From: Rhodosorus marinus CCMP1338
Lineage: Eukaryota; Plantae; Rhodophyta
Length of the DNA: 64,000 bases
Direction: 5' to 3'
Assembly (NCBI GenBank): GCA_029953675.1
Contig: JAMWBK010000007.1
Span: 1,116,001 to 1,180,000, forward strand
Made by a program: the position numbers and the translations under genes
Shown: one piece after another, positions 24,316 to 35,336 of the stretch
How positions within the stretch are numbered: the first letter of the stretch is position 1
Layout: every line of letters begins with the position of its first letter
Notes under the pieces: generated by a model
What the model was told of the DNA's origin: nothing
Seen by the model: only the letters and a program-made list of their open reading frames with translations
Database searches by the model: none

Positions 24316-24695
24316 AGTTTCTGCACCCATACCCAGGATCCACTGCGAGACTCGCCTCACGATCCTTGTACTATGGGAGAACCTTTCTCCAGAGGATCGA
24401 TTGTAGTAGCACGCTCAGGCCGTCGGTGGACATCCTTTGTGTTCCTTGGTTGATCAAATGATCTGCATGACCTTCTGAAGCTCTTTTCCTTTGTCGAGCA
24501 ACCAGTTACTTCCGCATCATCCGCGGTTTGTATCTCGCGGCGGGTCCTACGCTTGTGAACGAAGCGCCGAATTCGACATTACCCCTTATGTACAAAATGG
24601 CCAAACTGCGCACTTGGTGAACAAGGATCTGCCAAAGGCAGGCAGTCCGCTAGGAACATATACGAACCACTCTTCAACCTAGACGAGCAATACAG

Positions 24696-24703
24696 TATAT
24701 AAA
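24696..24703 (+). promoter_or_regulatory. TATA box upstream of the tRNA gene
   Basis: TATATAAA about 30 nt upstream of the tRNA 5' end, as seen in plant-type Pol III tRNA genes. Confidence 0.5.
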
Positions 24704-24730
24704 TGCAAAAAAACGCCAAAATTTCTAAGT

Positions 24731-24814
24731 GGTGAGATGGCCGAGCGGTCTAAGGCGCTGCGTTCAGGTCGCAGTCAACATCTGTTGGCGTGGGTTCGAA
24801 TCCCACTCTCATCA
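24731..24814 (+). tRNA. trnL-CAG: tRNA-Leu(CAG), intronless
   Basis: Acceptor stem GGTGAGA/TCTCATC. D arm TGGCCGAGCGGTCTAAGG. Anticodon stem CTGCG/CGCAG with loop TT-CAG-GT. Long variable arm. T arm GTGGGTTCGAATCCCAC. Oligo-T at about 24838. Confidence 0.97.
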
Positions 24815-25101
24815 ACATTATGCAAGCCGTTAGCTAGTTTTTCCTTTGCGGTGAAAGCGTGCAAGGTCATGCTAACAAAGCTTTTGCAGACCAATTCTCA
24901 AGGAAGAGCTTGCGATGCATACCCTAATTGGCCGTAGCCACCACATCTCCAAGCTCAGCTGTGCGGACTCTTGACGTTTTCAAGGGTTTACGTCAGACGG
25001 TTTCCGGCCCATAACTGACTTTAATGTGACCAGAGGGATACTTTTCAAGACAAGTAGACCTACACTACTATTCTGAGACAGAATCGGCTTTGCCAAATGA
25101 G

Positions 25102-26501
25102 TTAGAGGTCGTCAACGCCCATCTGATGAAGAGCTGCGTACTGCTGTTCATGCAGATGCTTTGGAACAGTTTCGTACACGTCCGACATCATGCCTGTTAC
25201 CGGTGGTTTTCGTTCTCTTTCTGCGGCTTCAAGCGCATGCTGTAGTTTTCCAATGTAGGAAGAGACATTGAATCAGTGGAACTGGCCCAATAAGCTTGCT
25301 GAGGAATCCGGATAGGCACTCACCAAACACTCTGCCCTAACGTGGTCCCTAAACTCTCTATCCTCCTGGTCTGTCCAAAGCTTTCTGTCGTACAAGTATG
25401 CTCGAAAGCGGTCGATTGCAGAGAGCTGATGACCTACACTTTGAAGCTCATCGGGATCCCTATATCGTGTGGAATCGTCGCTCGTTGAATGATGTCCGCT
25501 TCTGTACGTGACCAGCTCTAAAAGAACGGGCGATTGAGTACTTAAGCACTTGGATCGAGCGTCAGATACTGCTGCGTATACAGCAATAGCATCGTTTCCG
25601 TCCACGCGCAAAGCATCTATTCCATAGCCCTGACCTCGGCTGAGCACACCGTCACCGTGATATTGTTCTTCCGTTGGAGTTGAGATCGCATAGCCGTTGT
25701 TTCGACAGAGGAAGAGTACTGGACATTGTAACGTAGATGCGAAGTTGAGAGCTGCATGAAAATCTCCTTCAGAAGACGCACCCTCCCCAAAGTAGCAGGC
25801 AGCAATTCGTTTCTCTGGCGTTCGAGAACAAGCCGTCGATGAGCTGTTTAGCTGTTTCGCTAATGGCTGAGGGAGTGGTATGCTACTCACCTTCCTTGAG
25901 CTTCATATGATAAGCGGCGCCAACAGCGTGAGGTAGCTGCGTTCCCAGAGGAGATGAGATTGTATGTACGTGCAACTCCTTCGAGCCGTAGTGTACGGGC
26001 ATCTGACGACCCTTCCCAGGATCCTTTGTTGTACTACAGCATTGATTTGCGACCTCATCTAATCCAAAACCCCTCCAAAGGAATAGGCCTTGCTCACGGT
26101 ACTGAGCGAAAACTTCGTCGCTTTGGTTCAAAGCAGCTGCTGAGGCCACTACAGAAGCTTCCTCGCCTGTCGAAACGGGTGTAAATCCCCTCAGTACATG
26201 AAGACTCATACCAGGTGAAGACTACTGGCTTATAGTTACCTGAGCATGTCATGTAAAACGAGATCCGGCCCTGTCTTTGAGCCAGGTAAAAGATATCATC
26301 CATAACGCTCGTTCGGACCATCGTCTTGTACACTTCCTTCCTTGTCTCAGTTGGCATGCCATTTTCAAACCGCCTACCGGTTTTGTCAATCTTACCGTTC
26401 CCGTCCATGACCCGGAAGCTTGGGCGTGGCCGGATACTCGACGCAGCCACATACTCCAGTTTGTTTATGAAGGAACCCGCACGTCTCACCGCCGCGCTCA
26501 T
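25102..26501 (-). CDS. BCKDHA: Branched-chain 2-oxoacid dehydrogenase E1 alpha subunit, mitochondrial (4 exons)
   Basis: Introns 26167-26239, 25815-25890 and 25240-25323. Motifs QRQGRISFYM, GRQMPVHYGS, ISSPLGTQLPHAVGAAY, ThDP motif GEGASSEGDFHAALN..NNGYAISTP and TYRSGHHSTSDDS. Confidence 0.95.
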
Positions 26502-29211
26502 CGTTTCACTCCTCAGAAACGCAAAAGCTCGACCTAGCCAAGAAAACCAAGCTCGTCAGCGTACTGCACGGATTTCCGGTCGAAGATTTTCTGTCACCCA
26601 ACCGTAGGTCGGTCACTTCGTGGACAAGGCCTCTCTCACTAGAACAAACCCCTCAAGGACGTTGAAAAAGTATTTATATCCCCAGCCCCTTTGAACAAAC
26701 TACGAAAATACCTTCCCTACTATTAAAAGGCCTCTTACGCCACCGCCTCAAACCCTGGACTGTTCCAACTCCCTTAGCTGTGTCTGTCCGTGTCTCTACT
26801 GCCCCCATTTCTCAGGAGACCTACCAGTGTGCAAATACTCCAAAACACTTCGCCATCCACTCCAGCGTTCCAAACCATCAATCAGCAATCAGAGGACGAA
26901 GACCAGCAAAGGTTAAATCTAAACGGGCAGGTCGGAGGGGTCGGGGGGAGGGAGTACTGGCTGAGATTCAGTGACAATCTAATATACATCAGTACAAGAA
27001 ACAATCTGCAATCTCGCAGACCTAGTTCCCTTTCCTTAGCGGCCGAGTTCCAAGTTCCCACCAAAGCCTTGAAAACCATTTGCCTCTCCACAAGCTCTCA
27101 TTCCCCCCTGCAAAAAAACATTAAAATGAAAGAAAAAACCATAAGCTTCCACACATCAAAACTCTTTCTGAAAAAAAAAAATTCCCTTCCACCACAAACC
27201 CAAAACTATTTCACGTCTAATAATTCTTTTTTTGAGGATTCCATTCTCCACCATGCGAAACTTAGGAATTTCAACTCGACCAAATAAGATACACAGGTAC
27301 TAAGAAAATCAGTCAATTTTAGGAATCAATCACTAAAATGAGAAGGTATTGAAACTGGATTGGTTGAAATTCTAGATATGATATTGAATAGTGATACTTT
27401 ATGTGTTCGACAGACTGTCACTATCAAGTTTTTATTGTTTTTCTATATTCGGGATGAATAGGTAGCAATAGTTGACTAGGGACAGCAGACTTGGCTCTGC
27501 ATAGCAGTGCTTCGTGAACGCTCTGACTGGCACTCCTCGGGGTTACCCGTTTTGCGTTCCTCTTTTTTCTGTTGTGACGTATGAACGAGGCCTTGATGCT
27601 GGAGGCGCAAGGTGCTCTTCGCGTTGAGTAGAGTGTTTTGTTTCCGAATAGAAATCACCTTGGTATAATATCTGAAGTCCGAGGAGTGATAACGGGGCAG
27701 TAGAGCGTAGAAGAGAATTAGTTGCACTTTGCGTTGGTATGAACTTGATCATCGATTCATCACATAGATCGGTTAGGAGGAAGGAGTTTCAGACAACGGG
27801 ATTGTGTCGAGCCCTCTTCCTCCGGCGTTTTAAGAACGAGAAAGTTGCATCAGATCTTCCCAGAGGATTCCTATTAAGCTCTTAAATGCTTAGGTTGTAT
27901 TGCTCCTAGCTTGGGTTTGAAATCAAAGTCGGATGGAAGCACAACAAGATCAATTATAGGTTTCAGTTCAGTCAATACATGAATTAATTTGGAAATAAAA
28001 TTGAGTTATCAATCAATTGATGGGATGGTATGTGGTGTATGGATGTTGTTGCGAAAGGATTCGATCCGAAGTTTGCTGGGGTTACGTTCAAGTAGGTCAG
28101 AAATTCACACAACCTAGGTGTATAAGAGCTCATTAGGAATCCTTAAGCGATTACTTACTTCTTCCAAAATCGCGGAGAAAGAGGGTTCGACTCGCAAAAT
28201 CCCGTTTTGTGAACCTCCTTCACCCTAACCATTCCATGTGATTCTATTCTTTATCTCACATCAATATTAAATAGATACAAAAACAAAAACATCCACTCCA
28301 GAACTCTACCGTCTCAAGAATGTCGAGTTGCGTTTTGCTGCTAATACAACCACTCCTCTCGGTTTCCGTGCTACCGCCCTCCCCACTATCGCTTCTCGGA
28401 CTCTTTGTATTTATCAAATCCACTTTCTACTAATCGACGGCTGCAAGCATTCACCATGGATATTGAAACTGCAAGTACAAATGCTTCTCCTCTATTACTA
28501 CTCGGACCCTCAATGCTTTGTGACCATTACTACTTGGCCGGTAATCAACGACTGAAGAGTTCATCAAGTATATATTGAAAAATCATTGAATTGAGAATGC
28601 CAGTCTGTCAAAATCAGAAATAACCACGATTCAATGTCAGAGCGATTCCAAGAGTATCAATGGCGCGAGGATAGCGCTGTTGGGGTCGACATCAATGGTG
28701 AGGATAGGTGGTGGGTGACATGTTGGTTAGGATGCGCTTTGCGTTTTAGAAGGTAGCGTGACACAAATTTTGAGGTCCTATCGCATGGACGGTGCTTTGG
28801 TTGGGTTTGGTTGTTCTTCTTGGGTTCTAGCTCTTGTTTCGGTTTTCACAGCTTTGGGTTTTCATTTTTGCCTCGATTTCGTTAATGTGAGCAGAGCGGT
28901 CCGCGAGTTTGGGCTTCTCGATCGAGCTCCTGCTGTTCGTTCCTATGTTCATTCTCAAGTTCCTGATTTGAGCTCTTCCTCCTTCTTAAGACTTTGACCA
29001 TAAAACTTATTCTTTTAGACGAATGTTTAGCCAGCTGCGTGCGGACTGTGTTCTTCATGAACACGCTCGCGATTATACCCGTAGCCGTACAAAATTGCGC
29101 TTCAACATTACTGAGCAATAGCAAAGGGATTGTGACTCGTTCCAAGACCAACACACGGATGGTAGTTCATTTAAACATAGCTTCGCTGTAATTTCGTGCT
29201 TGTGAGCGTGC

Positions 29212-30258
29212 CTACTCCGTCTTCGTTCCGGACGTTGCAGCGTCAGTCAGATCTGCTGGTGCGGTTACCGCCGTCGTAGAGAATCTCTGCCTGATCGTGT
29301 CCAACTGCGGCTGATACTTCTCCAGGTACGGCGACGCCGTGTCGTTGAATTTCTTCGATGCCAGATCAGAGTACTCCCTTGTCCTCTCCTCGGCGATCTT
29401 GTAGGCTTTCGCAGATTCCTGATTACATCATAAGAGCAAATACAGTGAGCAACCCGGGGGTTTCAATGGCGACCGGTGAGCATTCAATCTTACCTCGGCA
29501 ATCCTCTCTTGCGCTTGTGCTGCTGCTTTGTCGATTTCGTCCTTGTTCATCTCGTAGACCTTCGGAAGGATGAAAGCCGCAAGGAAAAGCACGTAGAACA
29601 AAACGAGGTCGGGGAAGATCCGTCCCACAAGGTAAACACCGAACGTCGCACCCAGCGCCTTCAACGTCGTCTTGTTGTCTTTGCACGTAACAATATCCCT
29701 TGTCTTTGTGATATTTTCGTTCAAGAAGTCGACAACCTGGGGGACCTTGGCCTGGATCGCATCTGCGTTGAATGGTTCGAGTCCAAAGCTCGGTTGCGGA
29801 ATTTTGTCCTTGCCCAAATGCCCTTCTAGCAGCTTAGCTGCATTCTTGAAAAGAAAGCTTGCAACCAAGAGCGCCATGACGAGGAACGAGAATACCGACA
29901 GGAACGAATACTTGACGAAAAGCGTCAGAATGCAAATCAAGTTAACAGATCCGAAAATTGCGCCTGAAAGCTTCAGATCTCTCCACAGCAAAATTTGCTC
30001 AACTAATCACAGAAACCAAAACCAACACAAACACAAAAGTCTAAGCACGCTTCAAGCAAACCCCCACAGAAGTTCCAAAAACTCCCACCCCCTTCCCGAC
30101 AACAAAACATCAACACAAAAACCAAATCCACTCAAATCCATAATGCAAACAAAGGACAAAATCGCCTTACCCAAAGTCTCCTCAGGAGCTTCTCCAGTAG
30201 GAGCCATAGCCGTAGTTTCATTCACCTTGGTCACAATCTCATCCGAAGTCGTCTCCAT
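29212..30258 (-). CDS. Reticulon-like protein (3 exons)
   Basis: Intron 30003-30170, plus a second intron starting at 29493 (GTAAGA). Reticulon domain reads ILLWRDLKLSGAIF..LVGRIF..LFYVLFLAAFILPKVYE. Confidence 0.9.
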
Positions 30259-30968
30259 GATCAACAAAAAGCGAAAATAGCCAAGCAGAAAATAGTTCCC
30301 TAAAACAAAAAACCGAACCCAAAATCCCCCTATCCAACTCGATATCTATATCCGTCCTTCTCCTTCCTCCCCACCCTTCTCGTCAAGTTCCCTCAGACTC
30401 CAATCCCTTTTAACCCAATCCCTGTCGTCAGAATACTCGACACACCAACGGCTTTAGTTCCAGAGCATAAAACTACCACTTCAGGATTAATGCTGACCTT
30501 TACTTTCTCAGGTTTCTTGATCTTCAATGATTCCTTCTTCAGGAATTTTTCTCTCACAGATCTACCTCAAACTGATCTTGTCAGAACCATTCAACTCTGC
30601 CTACAGTCTGGAGGAGACCTCTTCAGGAGTCTTTTCTTCCCTTCCCTTCCGATCCTCTTTGCGATCAAAAACTTGAGCGCTATCACTCATCCAGATTTCC
30701 AACTACTCTATCACTTTAATCCAATAGTTATTTACCAAGTGTCTCTAATCTCTGTTTATTAGTATATGATTGGTAAAAATGTAGAAAAGTGGAAAAGTAG
30801 AAAACAATGGCGGGAGAGGCCTTTTTCTGGTTTTTCGTTTGTTTTTATTACGTTTTTTTTGTGGGACAAGGTTTTTCCTTATCAATAAAACCATTGTTAC
30901 CTTTCAAAATTATTAAAATTTCGCTTCTTGTTTTCTCCTGTTTTTCAAGGAAAGTTTTGAAAGTCGCT

Positions 30969-31381
30969 GATGGGTGACGCGAAATATCTTAGGGCGTCAA
31001 GAAATTTTTGAATTTTTTATGTACGGGGGCAAGGGGGTCCATGAGAATGCTATTACCGAAACCAGAGGTTAAAATACTAGCCCTCTCGATTCTGTTCTAT
31101 GATTTCCGTAGTATGTCTAATTGTAATATTTTGAGAGAATTCAAGATCTTCTATGAGTTTCTGTGGGTGCCGGTGAAAACATGGTCATTGTATTTCCAAC
31201 GGGGGTTGGGGGGTTGATTTTGTCTTCTTTGTTTTGATTGATTTACGGATTGATCGATTGGCAATGTCGTTCTTATCATTGTCGATGGCTCTCTTCCTCA
31301 ATGGATGAATGCACGGGTCAAAGGGGAAGGGGACAGTGCTCCCCATTTCCTAGTACCCCGCGGATTTGGAATACGCGAATA
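30969..31381. repeat. About 415-bp direct repeat, copy A (3' flank of the DUF1365 gene)
   Basis: Aligns by eye at roughly 90-95% identity to 33150-33561. Confidence 0.93.
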
Positions 31382-31396
31382 CGTTTTCTCTTCTGC

Positions 31397-32924
31397 TCAA
31401 TGCCCCTTAATCTTGTTCGACCCGAGCATCGGATCCAGAGTCTCCCGAATACGAAAGAAGATCTTTGCGACTTTTTCAATTGCCCGGGATGCTCCTAAGG
31501 CAGAATAGGGCAGGAAGTTCAGCGAACCAGCATTCATCTTTAAAACTGTTACAAAAGTCCTACCTGTTTCAGTGCCATCGGGGTGTGGCACAAACTCCAG
31601 TTCTTTCCTATACAGCTTGATAGCCTCCTGAAGTGAGGAGAGGTGTATTAGCTCAACAAAATTAAGCCACTTGTCCGTGGAATATTGACCGGAGAAGGGA
31701 TGCTCACATAGTGAATAGCCAACACCACTTTGACGGTGTACACGGGCCGGAGAACAAGTTGCTTGATCATCTGTGCAGCTGTGAAGGGCCTCCGCTGTAG
31801 CTTTAGATCTGCGTAGAAGAAATTCGCTCCCTTGTCTTGTAAAGATATGTTCACCAGTAGTTTCTGTTGATTGACAGAAAAGCAAGCCTTTTTTCTCAGG
31901 GTTTTCTCTCTGCAAAGTGCTGAGGAAAAGCCAGTATGGTCCAACGAGCACACACCTCAGAGGGATCATTGAAATTCCACTTGTATACGATATCCTCCAT
32001 CTTGATGAACGGGGAGACGTGAAAATCCTTGCACTGCTCTCCAAACTCGACCATGGTGGCGCTACACTCTTGGGAAGCACCATCGGATCTCACTGCAGTG
32101 TAGAGGTGCTGCTCAAGCCAAGGAATATTCCCTACCTCCATAACGATCGCCTCTACTCTTTCACCGCGCTCGTCGAACACGTAGTAGAAACTCACAGGAT
32201 TGAAACAAAAACCGAGATATCGAAGATTGGTTAGCAGACGTACTGGTCCTGTACAACAAGACAAAACCACAAGGACCAGTGAAATCCTTCAGATTCTACG
32301 TCTGCAAACCACGACATCCACATGAACAACCGAAAGCTCATTTAAACCTCTCAAGCACAATCATTGGTTATAAAAAGTAATACAATCAACATTAATTTCA
32401 TAAATAAATATAAAAAGATACAGTCAGTCTTTTTCATATTCTATAAGCCAATTATTGTGAAGCTGATCAATCATTTTCATCGGTTCATCGATGGTGGTTT
32501 GGGATGACAGGCATTACCTTTGGGAAGCTTTCCAGTCACTCTCTTTACTTCTTCTCGTACTTTTGAGTCTACATGTTGCAGATTTCCCATGGCCATATGG
32601 TCTCCCGTTCTGAGTTCAGAGAACGCGAACTTTGACCTGGAAGAGAACCAGGGCCACATGTCGAGGTCCCCACGTTTGAGCTCGTCCAAGTCGAGGTAGA
32701 CCATGAAGACATCGTATGTGAACTTGTTCAACTTGGGAGCTGCCCGTCTGATTAGTCGAACCAAAAGGGACGCGGCGAACGGGAACAGAAATACACCACG
32801 CAAAACGAAAAGCCTCATGTCAGCTCATGAGAATGTCCAAGACAATCAGGCTTGCGGATACGTTTTCAATCACTCACCTATGCGTCGTCGTCCCTTCATA
32901 AATACAGCTCTTAAGATTCTTCAT
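31397..32924 (-). CDS. DUF1365 family protein (multi-exon)
   Basis: ATG at 32924: MKNLKSCIYEGTTTHR | RAAPKLNKFTYDVFMVYLDLDEL..GDH | GPVRLLTNLRYLGFCFNPVSFYY..EVGNIPWLEQH..KDFHVSPF | ..EAIKLYRKELEFVPHP..GASRAI. Internal exon ends are only partly resolved. Confidence 0.85.
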
Positions 32925-33083
32925 CTCGGGACCAGTTCCTCTTCAAGACCTCCGTACGCTAGCAACTTTTCCGAGCTATGTGCTTGCCAAAGGAGCAGCC
33001 CTGGTGCCGATTTGCCGTAGACTGGCAGTGTCTACATACTTGCAAATCAGCGCCCGCTGGAGTAAAGTTGAGTTCGGATGCAC

Positions 33084-33150
33084 GTTGAGGACGTTGTCGA
33101 AGTCGTTGAGGACGTTGTCGAAGTCGTTGAGGACGTTGACGAAGCCGTTG
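33084..33150. repeat. 21-bp tandem repeat x3 at the duplication junction
   Basis: gttgaggacgttg(t/a)cgaag(t/c)c three times, running directly into repeat copy B. Confidence 0.92.
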
Positions 33151-34149
33151 ATGGGTGACGCGAAATATCTTAAGGCGTCAAGAAATTTTTGAATTTTTTA
33201 TTTACAAGTACAAGGGGTCCATGAGAATGTTATTACCGAAACAACAGGATAAAATATTAGCCCTCTCGATTCTGTTCTATGATTTCCGTAGTATGTCTAA
33301 TTGTAATATTTTGAGAGAATTCAAGATCTTCTATGAGTTTCCGTGGGTGCCGGTGAAAACATGGTCATTGTATTTCCAACGGGGGTTGGGGGTGTTGATT
33401 TTGTCTTCTTTGTTTTGATTGATTTACGGATTGATGGATTGGCAATGTCGTTCTTATCATTGTCGATGGCTCTCTTCCTGAATGGATGAATGCAGGGGTC
33501 AAAGGAGAAGGAGACAGTGCTCCCCGTTTCCTAGTACCCCACGAATTTGGAATACGCGAATATCTGCAAACAGATGAGCAAACAGAAGAGCAAGCATAGG
33601 CGATAATCCCTCTAGTCCGCGCGAATGTACAAATTCACGACAGCATGTCGACAGGAAGACTGGTGTGTTGGGCCCTCCATATGCAACGCACCACACAGAC
33701 ACACAATCCCTCACGGGACCTCTCCAGGATCAAGCAGTACGAAGGGGGAGAGAGGGAAGCTAGTTGTCTCAAATCTGAGTTTTGCCTCGTGTCCCATTAG
33801 CAGATGAGATTTTGTTTGAGAAATCTGCGTGCCAGGGCGTGAGTGTCGCAGGTTTTTGTTGAACTGCTTCAAGGGCTGCTCATTTAGCCTGGACAATGAA
33901 AATAGATCAGCGCACTGGGTTCACATCAGTTTCTTCACCACTAGCGGGGTCCTGAAGATCGGCATTGCGCCGCACTTGTCAGCCATCCTAAATACAGCTC
34001 TTAGGATTCTTCATCTCGTGACCACTCTCAAGTTCTTCAAGACGTCCATATGCTAGAAACTTTTCCCAGCTACGTGCTTGCGAAAGGGGCAGACCTAGCG
34101 CCGATTTTTTTTGTCGTAAACTGGCAAGTCTACACACTTGCAAATCGGC
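33150..34149 (-). pseudogene. Broken tandem duplicate of the DUF1365 locus
   Basis: 33150-33561 matches 30969-31381. 33989-34149 matches 32899-33051, including ATG AAG AAT CCT AAG AGC TGT ATT TAG, where codon 9 (Tyr) has become a stop. The middle shows no visible DUF1365 similarity. Confidence 0.75.
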
Positions 34150-35336
34150 TCAGGGTCGTGCTTCCTGAAGCGGGAGCAGCCTTGGTCCAGGATTCTTACG
34201 GAGAGAAAACTCTAGGATTCCGGAAATTGGTAAAGTCTTGCTCATGCCAGCCGCGGATGGCATCTCTTTGCAAGCCGGCGCTGAGACCAGCAAGCACGCG
34301 ATACCTGGTCAGCAGATCAGCGTAGAGCTCAGTGAGCCACATCGGATCAGTAAATACGCGAAACGCCATCGTTCTACTCACGTTTGCTGTTTTCCGCTCG
34401 GGTTTGCTGACCTGATGCTGTCTGCTGTATCATACGGTCTATTCTGTTCGTGCACGAGAGCGTTCGAAGTCTAATGAATGACCTGGTAGGTTCTGAAGAA
34501 CTTGTGAGATTTGATTCTGGGACGAAGGCAATCACAATCTAACGAGCGAGTGCTTGCTCGTTTGATTCGCTTCTACAAGTTGAGGACGTCACAGTTAGTT
34601 TTCACTTGCGCGTGAGCCACGTTGGAATTACGTTAGGAACGCCCTTCGGGATCCCGTGAAGGGGTACTGCTTCTTCCAATACAAAACCCAAAACAATCTG
34701 CGAATTTTTTTGACGATTCGCTCGGAATCCTTTTGAGAGAACAAACCTGTTCTGCGCCTGCTTTTCTCTAGGGACTCTACTCAGCATTCAATGTACAAGG
34801 CGATCATCTGCTCGCACTTCTTCAGACATCCCCGTGCAGTGCTCATCCAAACCACGGAGGCGGCCATCTTGCTGGAGTAAGCTGGAGAGTTCAGATGGAC
34901 GTTGAGGACCCTATCGCAAGGGTTTCCATAGCGTAACCTCTTTCCATGCATAACTGGGAAAAGCTCTACCACAGAACAAATCTTCCTGCTGCTCTCAAAG
35001 TGCCAAGCACGTCCGTGCCGCGTACATCCACTTCTATCCGTCGGTTGTGATGTTGTTGTTGGCAAGAGGGATGCCCGAAGGGGGAGTTTTCTCTGTCCAC
35101 GGAATCCCAAAGCAAAGGGACTTCGCGGTCTCTATGAAGTCCGTTAGAGGCCAACGTCTCAAGCTGTTAGGAATACAGCTCTTATCATAGAAACAGAGAG
35201 AGGGCAAGCTGTCCATGACGGACAGGTCGTCTCTTTTCGTTTTTTCGTTGGATTCATTGAAGAGGGTTTACGTTTGGGTTTGGGGTTTGGGTAAGTTGGA
35301 TAGGTGGGGGACGGGTGGGGTAAGGGGTGTAGAGAG

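Noticed and set aside
28388-28399. ATCGCTTCTCGG, identical to the 5' end of vertebrate-type U2 snRNA
   Set aside because: Only 12 nt match; the branch-pairing GTGTAGTA and the rest of U2 are absent.
16335-33150. Short direct-repeat arrays (18, 21, 50 and 51 bp) as possible CRISPR arrays
   Set aside because: They are head-to-tail with no unique spacers, there are no cas genes, and the context is eukaryotic.
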